DNA of 64,000 bases from Eledone cirrhosa (lineage: Eukaryota), in assembly GCA_964016885.1 (NCBI GenBank), contig CAXHJY010000740.1, positions 18,026-82,025 of the forward strand, given 5' to 3'. Under the pieces are notes generated by a model. That model was given only the letters and a program-made list of their open reading frames with translations, did not search any database and had not been told where the DNA came from. A program made the position numbers and the translations under genes. This document shows, piece after piece, positions 28,195-40,071 of the stretch (position 1 is the stretch's first letter; every line of letters begins with the position of its first letter).

Positions 28195-28799
28195 CATTAC
28201 ATACATACACCCATGTATATATGTACCTATTTGAGAGGAAATATATATTTTAAATTTTATTTTAACAACTATAAAGTAAAATTCAACAGCAATGCCCTAG
28301 AACTTTCACTTGACTCAAAAATTGTCAGTATTGAATTTCAACATCTATTGACAATGTTTAGTTAAACGCTATTGTATTCTGAATTCAAAATCCCGCCCGT
28401 GTTTTAAATACAAGCCACAGTTATTTATAAGTAAAGTATTAAATCAATTTGACGAGACGTATGTATACCGATTCTTCCTTTACACACACACGTGTGTGTA
28501 GTGTGTGTGTGTGTGTACACACATACAGTAACACGAAACAAAATAAGAGAAACATAAAATATTTCCATTTTCCAGAGACTTTTTTTTGTTTTTCGTTGAT
28601 TTATTTTGGAATTCTTTTGTTTTAAAACATTCATGTTATTATCGTCTGATCCCGCAGACAGGATGTTTGAACTATAACCGGATGGTTAAATATAAAGCTG
28701 CACAGTTTGTTTGAGGTTTGAAAGAAAAACAAATGGCGGCTCAATACTGTCGTTCTTAGAGAATATAAATACTTGTACAGCCAGACACTCACACACACA

Positions 28800-28852
<53 letters not shown>

Positions 28853-28976
28853 CAATGGAAAAGCCATTACAAAGAAGGTTAGCTATAAAATAGCTGAGCA
28901 GGTTAGACAAATAAGCGCTAAAAACGGGTAAAAAACATTAACAGAGCCGACTACGGGAATCAAATCATGCATAATA

Positions 28977-29157
28977 TAATTGTTTCTACTTTTGGCACAA
29001 GGCCAGCAATTATCTTAGTGTATTACTGGTACTTTATTTTATCGATCCCGTAAGGATGAAAGGCAAAGTTAACCTCGGCGGGATTTGAACTCAGAATGGC
29101 AAGGGCCGTAACTCTATGCTGCAAAGCAAGGCGCCCGACCCTCTACTGATACTGCCA
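28977..29157 (-). mobile_element. SINE family A
   Basis: Nearly identical to the 15875-16031 copy, extending further 5'. Confidence 0.9.
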
Positions 29158-29199
29158 AACCATATAGTATAATGTAGTATAATATAGTATATAAACATT

Positions 29200-29338
29200 A
29201 CTAGATGACTGTTGACACTCCTAAGTTTCTCCGCCCTTTGACGGGTTTTGTTTTTCATCCCGCATGATGTCCAAAATCACCCTCCTCACCAAGCAAGCTT
29301 GGTGGGATTGCCAGGCTAGTCGCAGACGACCCGACCAT
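29200..29338 (-). mobile_element. RTE-derived element, 5' fragment
   Basis: Homologous to 56690-56816 (CCCTTTGAC.GGTTTTG...CACCCTCCTCACCAAG). Confidence 0.7.
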
Positions 29339-29361
29339 ATATATATAAGTGCGCAAATACG

Positions 29362-29401
<40 letters not shown>

Positions 29402-29807
29402 TGTGTTCTTAGAGACTGCTACTTCATGTCTGGCTGTGTCTGTGGCCGATAAGGTGGGAACCAGTAAGGCCAGGAGAGAGAGAGATATAGAGTAAAATGT
29501 CTGCTACATCGTGAACCTTAACACGGACTGCTTGCTTCGGTCTCCCTGGTCCCCAGATTCCTTAACTCCTTGTATTTATAATAGTGCTATAGTTAGAAGG
29601 ATGTGTATATGAAGTTGATTTATGATCAGCCAAATGGATATCGTCTCCCCAACAAGCTGGGATCAGGGGTCAAGTGGTATGTACGTTTATCATCCTTGAC
29701 TTGACAGGTCAATGGTGGGAAATTCCCCATAATGGGTGGTTTCAGATAGGAGAACTCTTAGATTCGGTTTCGAATCTTCGCCGGGTAATTTATAGGAGAA
29801 TTCCATT

Positions 29808-31447
29808 ACAGATCTTTCAATGTCTTCGATCACAGATCTTTCAATGTCTTCGATCACAGATCTTTCAATGTCTTCGATCACTGATCTTCCAATGTCTTCC
29901 ATCACAGATCTTCCAATGTCTTCCATCATAGATCTTTCAATGTCTTCCATCATAGATCTTTCAATGTCTTCCATCATAGATCTTTCAATGTCTTCCATCA
30001 TAGATCTTTCAATGTCTTCGATCACAGATCTTCCAATGTCTTCCATCATAGATCTTTCAATGTCTTCCATCATAGATCTTCCAATGTCTTCCATCATAGA
30101 TCTTTCAATGTCTTCGGTCATAGATCTTTCAATGTCTTCGGTCATAGATCTTTCAATGTCTTCCATCATAGATCTTCCAATGTCTTCCATCATAGATCTT
30201 TCAATGTCTTCGGTCATAGATCTTCCAATATCTTCGATCATATATCTTCCAATACCTTCGATCATAAATCTTTCAATGTCTTCCATCATAAATCTTTCAA
30301 TGTCTTCCATCATAGATCTTTAAATGTCTTCCATCATAGATCTTTCAATGTCTTCGATCACAGATCTTTCAATGTCTTCGATCACAGATCTTTCAATGTC
30401 TTCGATCACAGATCTTTCAATGTCTTCGATCACAGATCTTTCAATGTCTTCGATCACAGATCTTTCAATGTCTTCGATCACAGATCTTTCAATGTCTTCG
30501 ATCACAGATCTTTCAATGTCTTCGATCACAGATCTTTCAATGTCTTCGATCACAGATCTTTCAATGTCTTCCATCATAGATCTTTCAATGTCTTCGATCA
30601 CAGATCTTCCAATGTCTTCCATCATAGATCTTCCAATGTCTTCCATCATAGATCTTTCAATGTCTTCCATCATAGATCTTTCAATGTCTTCCATCATAGA
30701 TCTTTCAATGTCTTCCATCATAGATCTTCCAATGTCTTCCATCATAGATCTTTCAATGTCTTCCATCATAGATCTTCCAATGTCTTCCATCATAGATCTT
30801 TCAATGTCTTCGATCACAGATCTTTCAATGTCTTCGATCACAGATCTTCCAATGTCTTCCATCATAGATCTTCCAATGTCTTCCATCATAGATCTTTCAA
30901 TGTCTTCCATCATAGATCTTTCAATGTCTTCCATCATAGATCTTCCAATGTCTTCCATCATAGATCTTTCAATGTCTTCCATCATAGATCTTTCAATGTC
31001 TTCCATCATAGATCTTTCAATGTCTTCCATCATAGATCTTTCAATGTCTTCCATCATAGATCTTCCAATGTCTTCCATCATAGATCTTTCAATGTCTTCG
31101 ATCACAGATCTTCCAATGTCTTCCATCATAGATCTTTCAATGTCTTCCATCATAGATCTTCCAATGTCTTCCATCATAGATCTTCCAATGTCTTCCATCA
31201 TAGATCTTCCAATGTCTTCCATCATAGATCTTTCAATGTCTTCGGTCATAGATCTTTCAATGTCTTCCATCATAGATCTTCCAATGTCTTCCATCACAGA
31301 TCTTCCAATGTCTTCCATCATAGATCTTTCAATGTCTTCCATCATAGATCTTTCAATGTCTTCGGTCATAGATCTTCCAATATCTTCGATCATATATCTT
31401 CCAATACCTTCGATCATAAATCTTTCAATGTCTCTGGTCATAGATCT
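29808..31447. repeat. 24-bp tandem minisatellite, ~68 copies
   Basis: Unit TCAATGTCTTCCATCATAGATCTT with CGATCAC/CGGTCAT variants. Confidence 0.97.
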
Positions 31448-32512
31448 ACACGATCCTTTCTGGTTCAGATCTAAGTAACAATAGCGACAAGGATACAATA
31501 CGTCACCGGAAATTAGAAATCGTGACCTTGCGATCGTGAGCCGAATACCTTAACCACTAATCTATGTACCTTCACACACAACCCCTTTCGATATCAACCC
31601 GCCCAAAACTGGCTCTGGTCCTATAAAACAAAACAACTAATTTTGAAGGACTTCTATCTGAATCATAATCTGCCAATATATAATAAATTCATATTAGTAC
31701 ATGTTAAGTTACTATCTTAGTATTGAAATAATTAGTAATTTTAGTAAATCCTTCAAAATCCTTCATTAATTAATTGAAATAGAGTGCACAGTTGTCTCCG
31801 GTATTCGCTGGAGAAACCGTGAATATTGAACGTGGTCCATAAAAATGCCTATAAACGTCGAAAATATAACGTAGAATATAATTTTAAAAAAAGAGAGCGT
31901 CTTATGCGAAGGGGCGCCTTATGCGAAGGGGCGTCCAATAGGCCGGCAAATACAGTATATTGTTATTAATAATTTAGCGTTAAAAAATATATATTGCCTC
32001 GAAAAAAACCATTAAAAATCGCGGTAGATATTTATGATTCCCCGAATATGCAGTGCCAAAATTGAACTAAATGTCTTTGGTCTTAGATCTTCCAATGTCT
32101 TTGGTCATAGATCTTCCAATGTCTTCGATTATAGATCTTCACGATCCTTACTAGTCTGAATCTAAGCAACAATAGCGGCAACTTAACATTAACCTGTATT
32201 GAGCATCAACAATCTAATTGGAATTATTTGGTGAGGAAAAAAACAAAAAAACAAACAAAAAAACAAACATTATCAATGACAAATATTATAATTGATAGCC
32301 TTGTGTCAAAAGTAGAAACAATTATTATTATTATTATTAATTTTGCAAATATGGGAGATAAATCTAGATACGATTCGATCTTTATTAGACCTTCTCAGCG
32401 AAGTCCTGACTACATCGTATTTTCCGAAATAATGACAAGAGAATTACTAAGTAGATGTAGAATATTACACACTATTGGGCCTGGAATTGTGTGTTTACCA
32501 TATGATTTCTAA

Positions 32513-32788
32513 ATGTTCACTGTATGGTTTACTGTATGGATACTATATGTTCACTGTATGGATACTATATGTTCACTGTATAGTTTACTGTATGGATACT
32601 GTATGTTCACTGTATGGATACTATATGTTCACTGTATTGTTTACTGTATGGATACTATATGTTCACTGTATGGTTTACTGTATGGATACTATATGTTCAC
32701 TGTATGGATACTATATGTTCACTGTATGGATACTATATGTTCACTGCATGGATACTATATATTTACTATATGGATACTATATGGTTTA
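32513..32788. repeat. 22-bp minisatellite with 12-bp sub-repeats
   Basis: Unit TGTTCACTGTATGGATACTATA. Confidence 0.9.
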
Positions 32789-33369
32789 TTATAATTGTTC
32801 AACTGTTTTGTTTAACGTCCCCGAGCCAAACACTTGTGATGTTTGAAGGAGCTCCCGCTTCTTCTTCAATATGGGCGACGACCTTCAAAACCACATTCTC
32901 ACTACGAACGCCATATCTGCCACCATCATCTCCCCGACGACGACCACCACCACCACAAGTACCCATCACCACGACCACCACTACCAACACCACCAACACC
33001 ACTACCACTACCACCATCACCACCACCATAACCAATGCCATAGTGATAAGCGACATCATCATGGTACCCATAGCTATACAAGCTAGCTAGCGCTTCCAAC
33101 ATTGACATTACTGCCGCTGTTGAACCCAACTGATGACGTAGTTGATACTGCTGTGACGTCATTATCTACGGTTGACAATGGAGAATCTTGTTCTATTTTT
33201 AGAAAAGGTAGGCGTGAAAAATTGGTAATAAACAATTATTAGAAGTATTAGTATTCCTATTGTTTCAAATCTATATCTTCCCACACAAAGATGGATGTGC
33301 TTCTAGTATCTATATACACATGGCACACACATGTGTAGAAGTAAAACTGATTGATTGATCTCCCTCTTT

Positions 33370-33422
<53 letters not shown>

Positions 33423-33424
<2 letters not shown>

Positions 33425-33607
33425 CGAAGGAAGTGTCGTAAGGAACCAGGTGGACCATAACGCACCAGAGTACTCGATACTTTGGGTAGTAGAGTGGGTA
33501 ATAGGAAAAGGCTCAGGACCCCGACGGCAGATCTCAAGCTGTTTCGACGGATAGAAAAATAGCCGTCGAAACGGCTTGAGCTCTGCCGTCAGAGTCCTGA
33601 ACCTTTT

Positions 33608-33611
<4 letters not shown>
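33423..33611 (-). mobile_element. Fold-back element family B
   Basis: Homologous to 59327-59520; (TA)n on both sides. Confidence 0.85.
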
Positions 33612-33641
<30 letters not shown>

Positions 33642-33929
33642 CAGTCGATCGACTTTCGTTAAATCGGACCGAGGAAACAATGTTTCCGTTGGTCTTTCTA
33701 ATTGCTAATACTCTCTATGAGTCGCAACTCCAGGTAGAAGGAGCATCCTGAAATAAAGGTGTCTTGCCCAAGGACACAACGCATCACCCGGTCCGGGAAT
33801 CGAACTCACTTGCCACTCAGCCGCGCGCCTTCACCGTGTGTGTGTGTAGAAATATTCGTGAAAAAAAAGGAAAAAGGGAAACAGTTCTCTATCAGGGAAG
33901 AGAGCTGTTATATTATTTACGTTCAAGGG

Positions 33930-34117
33930 CGATGGGTTGGCAGTATCAGTAGGGCGTTGGACACCATGCTTCGCGACAGAGAGAGTTATGGCCCTTTACG
34001 TTCTGAGTTTAAATCTCGTTACGGTAAGCTTTGCCTTTCGTCCTTACGAGGTCGATTTAATCGACTTTCTCCACCCTTCAAATTGCTAGCCTTGTGCCTA
34101 TACTAGAAACAATTATT
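33930..34117 (+). mobile_element. SINE family A, diverged copy
   Basis: GGCAGTATCAGTAG...CTGAGTTTAAATC...CCTTGTGCCTATACTAGAAACAATTAT. Confidence 0.8.
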
Positions 34118-34529
34118 TAGTTACGTTCATACACATAACAAGAGCGTTAACTATGGATTCAAGTTCCAATATTGACCATATCTCCAGAATATAAGAGGGG
34201 GGTCAACATTTTAACCCGTCTTTAGGCGCTTATACGAATTTATACACACATACACATATGTATGTATGTAGGTGTGCGTGTGCGAGTGCGTGTGCGTGTG
34301 CGTGTGTGTGTGTGTGTGCAGGCACTCGATCTGCTAAAAACAGCACATAAATCATACCTAAGTAACAAGAGGAAGCACACGGTCATATCTCTGGGGTTAA
34401 AACGTTCGCTTGGTAGCCTCATCGTTTCAGGCTTGAGCCCTCTGCACGACCCCTTGGTCAAATAACTTAGCATCGATTTGACCAATAACTTGTGAGCGCA
34501 TGCAACCCCACTCAGTACACACACACAAA

Positions 34530-34704
34530 GCTGGACCATAACGCACCAGAGTACTCGATACTTAGGGTAGTAGGGTGGGTAATAGGAAAAGAGTCGGGAC
34601 CCCGACGGCTGAGCTCCAGCCGTTTTGACAGCTAGATCCTCAGTTCGTATCTAGCTGTCGAAACGGCCGGAGCTCAGCCGTCGGGGTCCCGACTCTTTTC
34701 CTAT
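34530..34704 (-). mobile_element. Fold-back element family B, partial tail
   Basis: Arms AGGAAAAGAGTCGGGACCCCGACGG... / ...CCGTCGGGGTCCCGACTCTTTTCCT. Confidence 0.85.
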
Positions 34705-35335
34705 ATATATATATACTGAGTGGGGTTGCATGCACAAGTGTACGCAGGTGAGTGCGTGTATATATTTACATGTATGTATTTATGAAAACAGGCTTGTATT
34801 ACACCTGTAATAGCTTTCCGGCTAATAAAATGGACAGCTAAGAATAAATGTTGATTGTAAGAAGATGATTAGATAATTAGTATTAACTATGCCAATATCT
34901 AACTAACAGAATGGGTTCTTCATAATTTGTTGGCCATGGATACAGTGCTAGCAACGAGTATCGCTGTATTAAATGAGAGAAGGAATGAAGTGGAAGATTT
35001 TACCGCAGGTTTATTTTACGCTAGACTGCTAATAGGTTCGGCAATTGAGCTAAATATATCATCTCACATTTTTATTTTATTTTTTTTTAAATACATTTTT
35101 GTCTGATTTTCCAAAAGATTTCCGAAGCGAATTCCACAATTAGAATTTTGATTGCATTATGAACTCTTAAGTTTTGATACCATCGTAGGTGGTGGGTGTA
35201 ATTACATACGGACATTTATGCCTGGTGGAGCCCATCTCCCTCAAGGTCAGAACACCCGATTTCTCCCAGAGAAAGATAAGAGAGCAAATATTAACACCCA
35301 GTAGTAGACAGGTACTTTACTTATCGCCCTCAATG

Positions 35336-35375
<40 letters not shown>

Positions 35376-35399
35376 CATTGAGGGCGATAAGTAAAGTAC

Positions 35400-35436
<37 letters not shown>

Positions 35437-35437
35437 T

Positions 35438-35800
35438 GTCTAGAACTTAGAAGGCCAAGGCTAAACAGAAAGAATGAATGGAATAACAACAACACCCAAA
35501 CAAACAACACTGACCTAAGAGAAGTATAAATAAATAAATACATACACAAGCACAATAACAACAAACACATATAAACACACACTAGTAAAGATAGAATACA
35601 TTAACCAATACACAGTTACCCAATCACGAACACTATACACACACGCAAACGCATGCACAAAGAAGACAAAATAAAATAAACAAATAAATAAATATATAAA
35701 CAGATTAAATAAAGATGGCGTAGAAAATACAATGTAACGGGAGGAAACAATAGCACCACTGGCGATGTTGCAGATGTGCAACGAAAGAACTTTGATAAAC
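35438..35800 (+). mobile_element. Putative Penelope-like 3' end with variant hammerhead (35754-35796)
   Basis: LELRRPRLNRKNEW resembles the P.LNR end of PLE GIY-YIG domains; CACCA-CTGGCGA-T-GTTGCA(GATG)TGCAAC-GAA-AGAACT-T-TG. Confidence 0.55.
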
Positions 35801-35980
35801 TATATATATGTGTATTATTTTTGACCGTTGGTCAGTCAATGGCAACATTGAAGACCGAATAAATTAGATTACCGATATAAAAGACACAGAAGCGAAAAGC
35901 GAAAACCAACCAAACAGTGAGTGTATTCTGTTATTAATTCTGGCAATGTTACACAAATATGACCCTCCTCAAGTATAACA

Positions 35981-36027
<47 letters not shown>

Positions 36028-36069
36028 CACACATATATATATAGATATATATGTATATATACATATATA

Positions 36070-36398
36070 CATCATCATCATCATTTTACGTCCGCTTTTC
36101 CCTGCTTGCAAGGGTGGGACGGGAACTGATTCTGGCTTGATTTCTACAGCTGGATGCCCTTCCTAACACCAACCTCATTTACAGTGAGTGCTGGATGCTT
36201 TTTTCTGTGGCACCTCCACGACCACTTTTGCAGTGGAATGATAGGGATCCCAGTCCCTCTTATCTCATTTCTACAGCTGAGTAAACTGGAGCAATGTGAA
36301 ATAAAATGTCTTGCTCAAGGAAACAACACATCACCCGGTTGAACTCACAACCTTTCGATTGCAAGGCCAATGCTCTAACCACTAAGCCATGTGCCTCC
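36070..36398 (-). mobile_element. SINE with tRNA head, core and (GAT)n tail
   Basis: Head GGAGGCACATGGCTTAGTGGTTAGAGC...GAGTTCAACC on the minus strand; tail homologous to 37960-38020 (+). Confidence 0.8.
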
Positions 36399-36410
36399 AT
36401 ACACACATAC

Positions 36411-36441
<31 letters not shown>

Positions 36442-36659
36442 TACACACATATATATATATGTATATATACATATATACACACACATATATATATATGTAT
36501 ATATACATATATACACACACATATATATATATGTATATATACATATATACACATATACATATATAGACACATATATATGTATATATACATATATACACAT
36601 ATAGACACATATATATGTATATATACATATATACACACATATATACATGTATACATACA

Positions 36660-36860
36660 TAAATGTAATTTGAGTTTTTCGAATATTAATAATAACATTC
36701 GTTACGTTTGCAATTATACAAACAAGTCTCAATTGTATAGCCATGTCAATAGAATGAACACTTCATTCTATTGACATGGCTATAAAATTGAGACTTGTTT
36801 GTATAATTGCAAACGTAACGAATGTTATTATTAATATTCGAAAAACTCAGATTACATTTA
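36660..36860. repeat. ~100-bp-arm near-perfect palindrome
   Basis: TAAATGTAAT...TAGAATGAA cac TTCATTCTA...ATTACATTTA. Confidence 0.92.
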
Positions 36861-36921
36861 TTGTATTCAGCCACCTAGAGTGAAATTTTCTTTTTTACAT
36901 ATATACATACATATTTACATC

Positions 36922-36989
<68 letters not shown>

Positions 36990-37049
36990 CATATATATGC
37001 ATATATACAATATATTAACAAATGGAAACTATATTTATAAAACCATATT

Positions 37050-37114
37050 TATTTCATTATACATATTTCAAGGACACCAAAGCAAATTATGGTGCGCTTT
37101 CATCAGATAAAATA
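37050..37114 (-). ncRNA. Type I hammerhead ribozyme, complete core
   Basis: TATTTTAT-CTGATGA-AAGCGCACCA(loop)TGGTGTCCTT-GAA-ATATGTAT-A-ATGAAATA; 8-bp stem I; AATAAA overlaps and follows the 3' strand. Confidence 0.8.
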
Positions 37115-37296
37115 TAATATAGATCAGTTTTATAAACAAATATTGACAAATCCCTTAAAGAATGCTTCCAACCGACATGGTCGCATATATGTGTGTGTAT
37201 ATATATATATACATATATATATATATACAGATATATATATACATATATATCTACATATATATATATACACATACATATACATATATATATATATAA

Positions 37297-37341
<45 letters not shown>

Positions 37342-37496
37342 CATATTTATTTACGTATAGCACGGAGTATATGTGCATAAACACACATGCACCGTGTTGT
37401 ATTATGACAGTATTGTGTTAGCTCAATGTACAGGAACTGAGCCGTTATATGAAAAAGAAACCAAAGAACGCTTACGTACTCAAACAGCTTTTATTT

Positions 37497-37541
37497 GCTT
37501 ACAATGTTTCATCCACACCGTTTGGTAGGAATCCTCAGAGC
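37497..37541 (-). ncRNA. Minimal type I hammerhead followed by a polyA signal
   Basis: GCT-CTGAGGA-TTCCTACC(AAAC)GGTGTGGAT-GAA-ACATTGT-A-AGC, then AATAAA at 37490-37495 (minus). Confidence 0.7.
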
Positions 37542-38368
37542 TTAATAAACACAGTGTTGAGTATAAGCTCCACAAAGCCTAGTCACACGAACAATCGGAA
37601 TGCAATAGATGGTAAAGATAGGGAGATAGGAGATGGCGAACAAGGAGGGGGTACATGCTGGGGTTGTTAAGCACCACAGCTAAATGCCAGGGCACAAGCA
37701 GATTTTACAAGATGCGGGTACAATTGATGGTACACAAAAGCAAAATATACAGGCAATGGTTAAAACATAATAAAAATTAATAATAAAATAATTAAAAAAA
37801 TATGAAAATAAAAGGAAGATAATATAAAGAGATAAAAAGTAAAAAGGTCAAATATTAAAAAAAATTTTTTTTTTTTAAAAGAGAGAAATAAAAACAGAAA
37901 TAATCAGTTCCCATATGAGCAAGACAAGGTCAGCCGACTGGACACTGTCTACAACAGGACAACCCGTCTAACCCATGCTAGCGTGGAAGAACAGACGTAA
38001 AACGGTGATGATGATGATGATATATATGACCCCTCCTATTGGTTTACGGAAGATGTTTGATAGATATGGTATTTGATATGATATTTTAAAGAACTATATA
38101 ATAGATAACGTTAGGCTAGGAGTGTAGCATGCCGCACCAGCCTTTGTAGTTAACTCAGGAGTGTAGCACGACGCATGACGCCCCAGCCTTTATTCAAACC
38201 TGAATTGAGGAAATCTCTAATTTATAAATACTGATCAGTCACACATACACATTATAATAATTCCTTGTCGCTCCTAAATATTAAATCAGAAATGTAATAA
38301 ACATACACGCCCATATTTATATATAATTATAAAGAAACTGTTGAAGTGCAGAAATGCTATAAAGATAA

Positions 38369-38535
38369 TTGTTTCTACTTTAGGCACAAGGCCAGCAATT
38401 ACCCAGTGCATTACTGGTACTTTATTTTATCGACCCCGTAAGGATGAAAGGCAAAGTCAACCTCGGCGGGATTTGAACTCAGATTGTAAAGGGACGTAAC
38501 TATGCTGGAAAGCATGGCGTTCGACCCTCTACCGA
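38369..38535 (-). mobile_element. SINE family A with 11-bp TSD, inserted into an older fold-back element
   Basis: TATAAAGATAA at 38358-38368 and 38536-38546. Confidence 0.9.
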
Positions 38536-38788
38536 TATAAAGATAACATAGAATAATGTGAAGCCTTTTAAAAGACGGCAAAATAAGTTTCCCTCGGCTG
38601 CTATGAGGTGGGCTCAATTCCTCATAAAGACCAATGGCAACTTCTTTTTCCGTCTTTTAAGAGTCTTCACCCTATTTTATAAGCATTTTATAGCATTTCT
38701 GCGCTTCATCACTTTTTTTTTTACACACATATAGACGTACGTACGTACGTACGTATGTATGTATGTATGTATGCATGTATGTACGTAT

Positions 38789-38876
38789 AAGCGTCTGAAG
38801 AAAGGTCACAAATGTGCTGCCACTTGTATTCTGGAGGTATGGTCAATATTGGGCCTTTAAACCTTGGGTTGCGCTT
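38789..38876 (+). ncRNA. Degenerate hammerhead with large stem II insert (homolog at 34141-34237, minus)
   Basis: AAGCGT-CTGAAGA-AAGGTC-(~44 nt)-GGCCTT-tAA-ACCTTGGGT-T-GCGCTT. Confidence 0.55.
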
Positions 38877-38922
38877 TTGTTCCTCAATGAACATAAATAA
38901 TATGATATAATATAATTGCAGC

Positions 38923-38993
<71 letters not shown>

Positions 38994-39002
38994 CTCATTC
39001 TT

Positions 39003-39038
39003 TCTTCTGATGCAGGACTAGCGTCCGAAACGTTAAGA
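39003..39038 (+). ncRNA. Minimal hammerhead variant (A9>C)
   Basis: TCTT-CTGATGc-AGGAC(TAGC)GTCC-GAA-ACGT-T-AAGA, just downstream of a (TA)n tract. Confidence 0.6.
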
Positions 39039-39133
39039 CCCTCTTCCTGCTATATCAAGCGTTAACCTAATATATCCCTTCCATATATTGTACCGAATTG
39101 TGTTGTTATTTCTGTTTACCTTTTACACACACA

Positions 39134-39611
39134 CTGCCAACTCGTTTTCGAGTACGGCCACTACTTTATATCCATGTAGGAGAACTCCTACCGATGCGCT
39201 GAACGAGTGAGACTTTTTAGTCCAGCCAGCGACTTGAAAACTCTGGTACAAACACTACACCTGTGACAATTATTGACGCATAGTGCGGGTCCCATGTGAC
39301 GACAAGTGCAGAGAGATCTCCAGATATAAAGCAATGCCTGTGCCGTGAAGCTTTTATAGTGAGCAAAGGCACTGCACAAAGCCAGTCCCACTCTCTTAAC
39401 CAAGATGATATTTACCAAAAAGAAGAACAAGTCAACATCATTGGATACCATCAGGGTTGCAGGTGTTATATCAGAGTTTTCCTTCTCCTAGAATTCTGCC
39501 TTGACAAAGGCTAAGGGGTCATCTCTCCCGGTGATTTTGGATTGCCATTGACCCTTAAGAGCTCCTTTGCCCTTTGACAGGTTTTGTGTTTAGTCCTGCA
39601 GGATGTCCAAA
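39134..39611 (-). mobile_element. Non-autonomous RTE-derived element (copy 1)
   Basis: Ends in [16 protein letters not shown] (RTE C-terminal zinc-finger-like motif); closely matches 56263-56753. Confidence 0.75.
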
Positions 39612-39677
39612 CATACATACATACACACATACACACACACATATATATATACACACATATATATATATATACATATA

Positions 39678-40071
39678 TGTAGGAGGTGAGTTTTATTGTA
39701 GTACAATAAAGCAATGCAGATATCGGATAAGAAGCACTCTACAGTTTGTAGGACTGGAGTATACATAATATATAAGATCAAAAGATGGTTAAATGAGTTC
39801 CATGTATTTTATATATGTTGATTTAAAACTGCACTATCCACAAGTGTTTTTTAGCCTTCATATCATGTCCTACTGTTTTATCTGATGAAAACACAAATAT
39901 TATTGCATGATGATATTTGTTTTTGAAATGCGCATAATAAAATACATGGAACTCCTTTAACCATCTTTTGTTCTTATATATTATGTATACTCCAGTCCCA
40001 CAAACTGTACAGTGCTTCTTATCCGATATCTGCATTGCTTTATTGTACTACAATAAAACTCACCTCCTACA
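39678..40071 (+). mobile_element. HHR fold-back element family H with intact hammerhead at 39874-39944
   Basis: TGTTTTAT-CTGATGA-AAACACAAATATTAT(loop)ATGATATTTGTTTTT-GAA-ATGCGCAT-A-ATAAAATA; ~135-bp inverted arms; (TA)n flanks. Confidence 0.88.

Noticed and set aside
29590-29790. Candidate plus-strand exon(s) with GTATGT/GTAATT donors
   Set aside because: In-frame TGA or implausibly short intron; no recognisable protein
29690-31498. MSSIIDLS / MMEDIERS repeat ORFs
   Set aside because: Artefact of the 24-bp repeat; open on both strands and interrupted by a stop at ~30321
33130-33150. CTGATGA motif as a hammerhead or C/D box
   Set aside because: No stem II, GAAA or partner box
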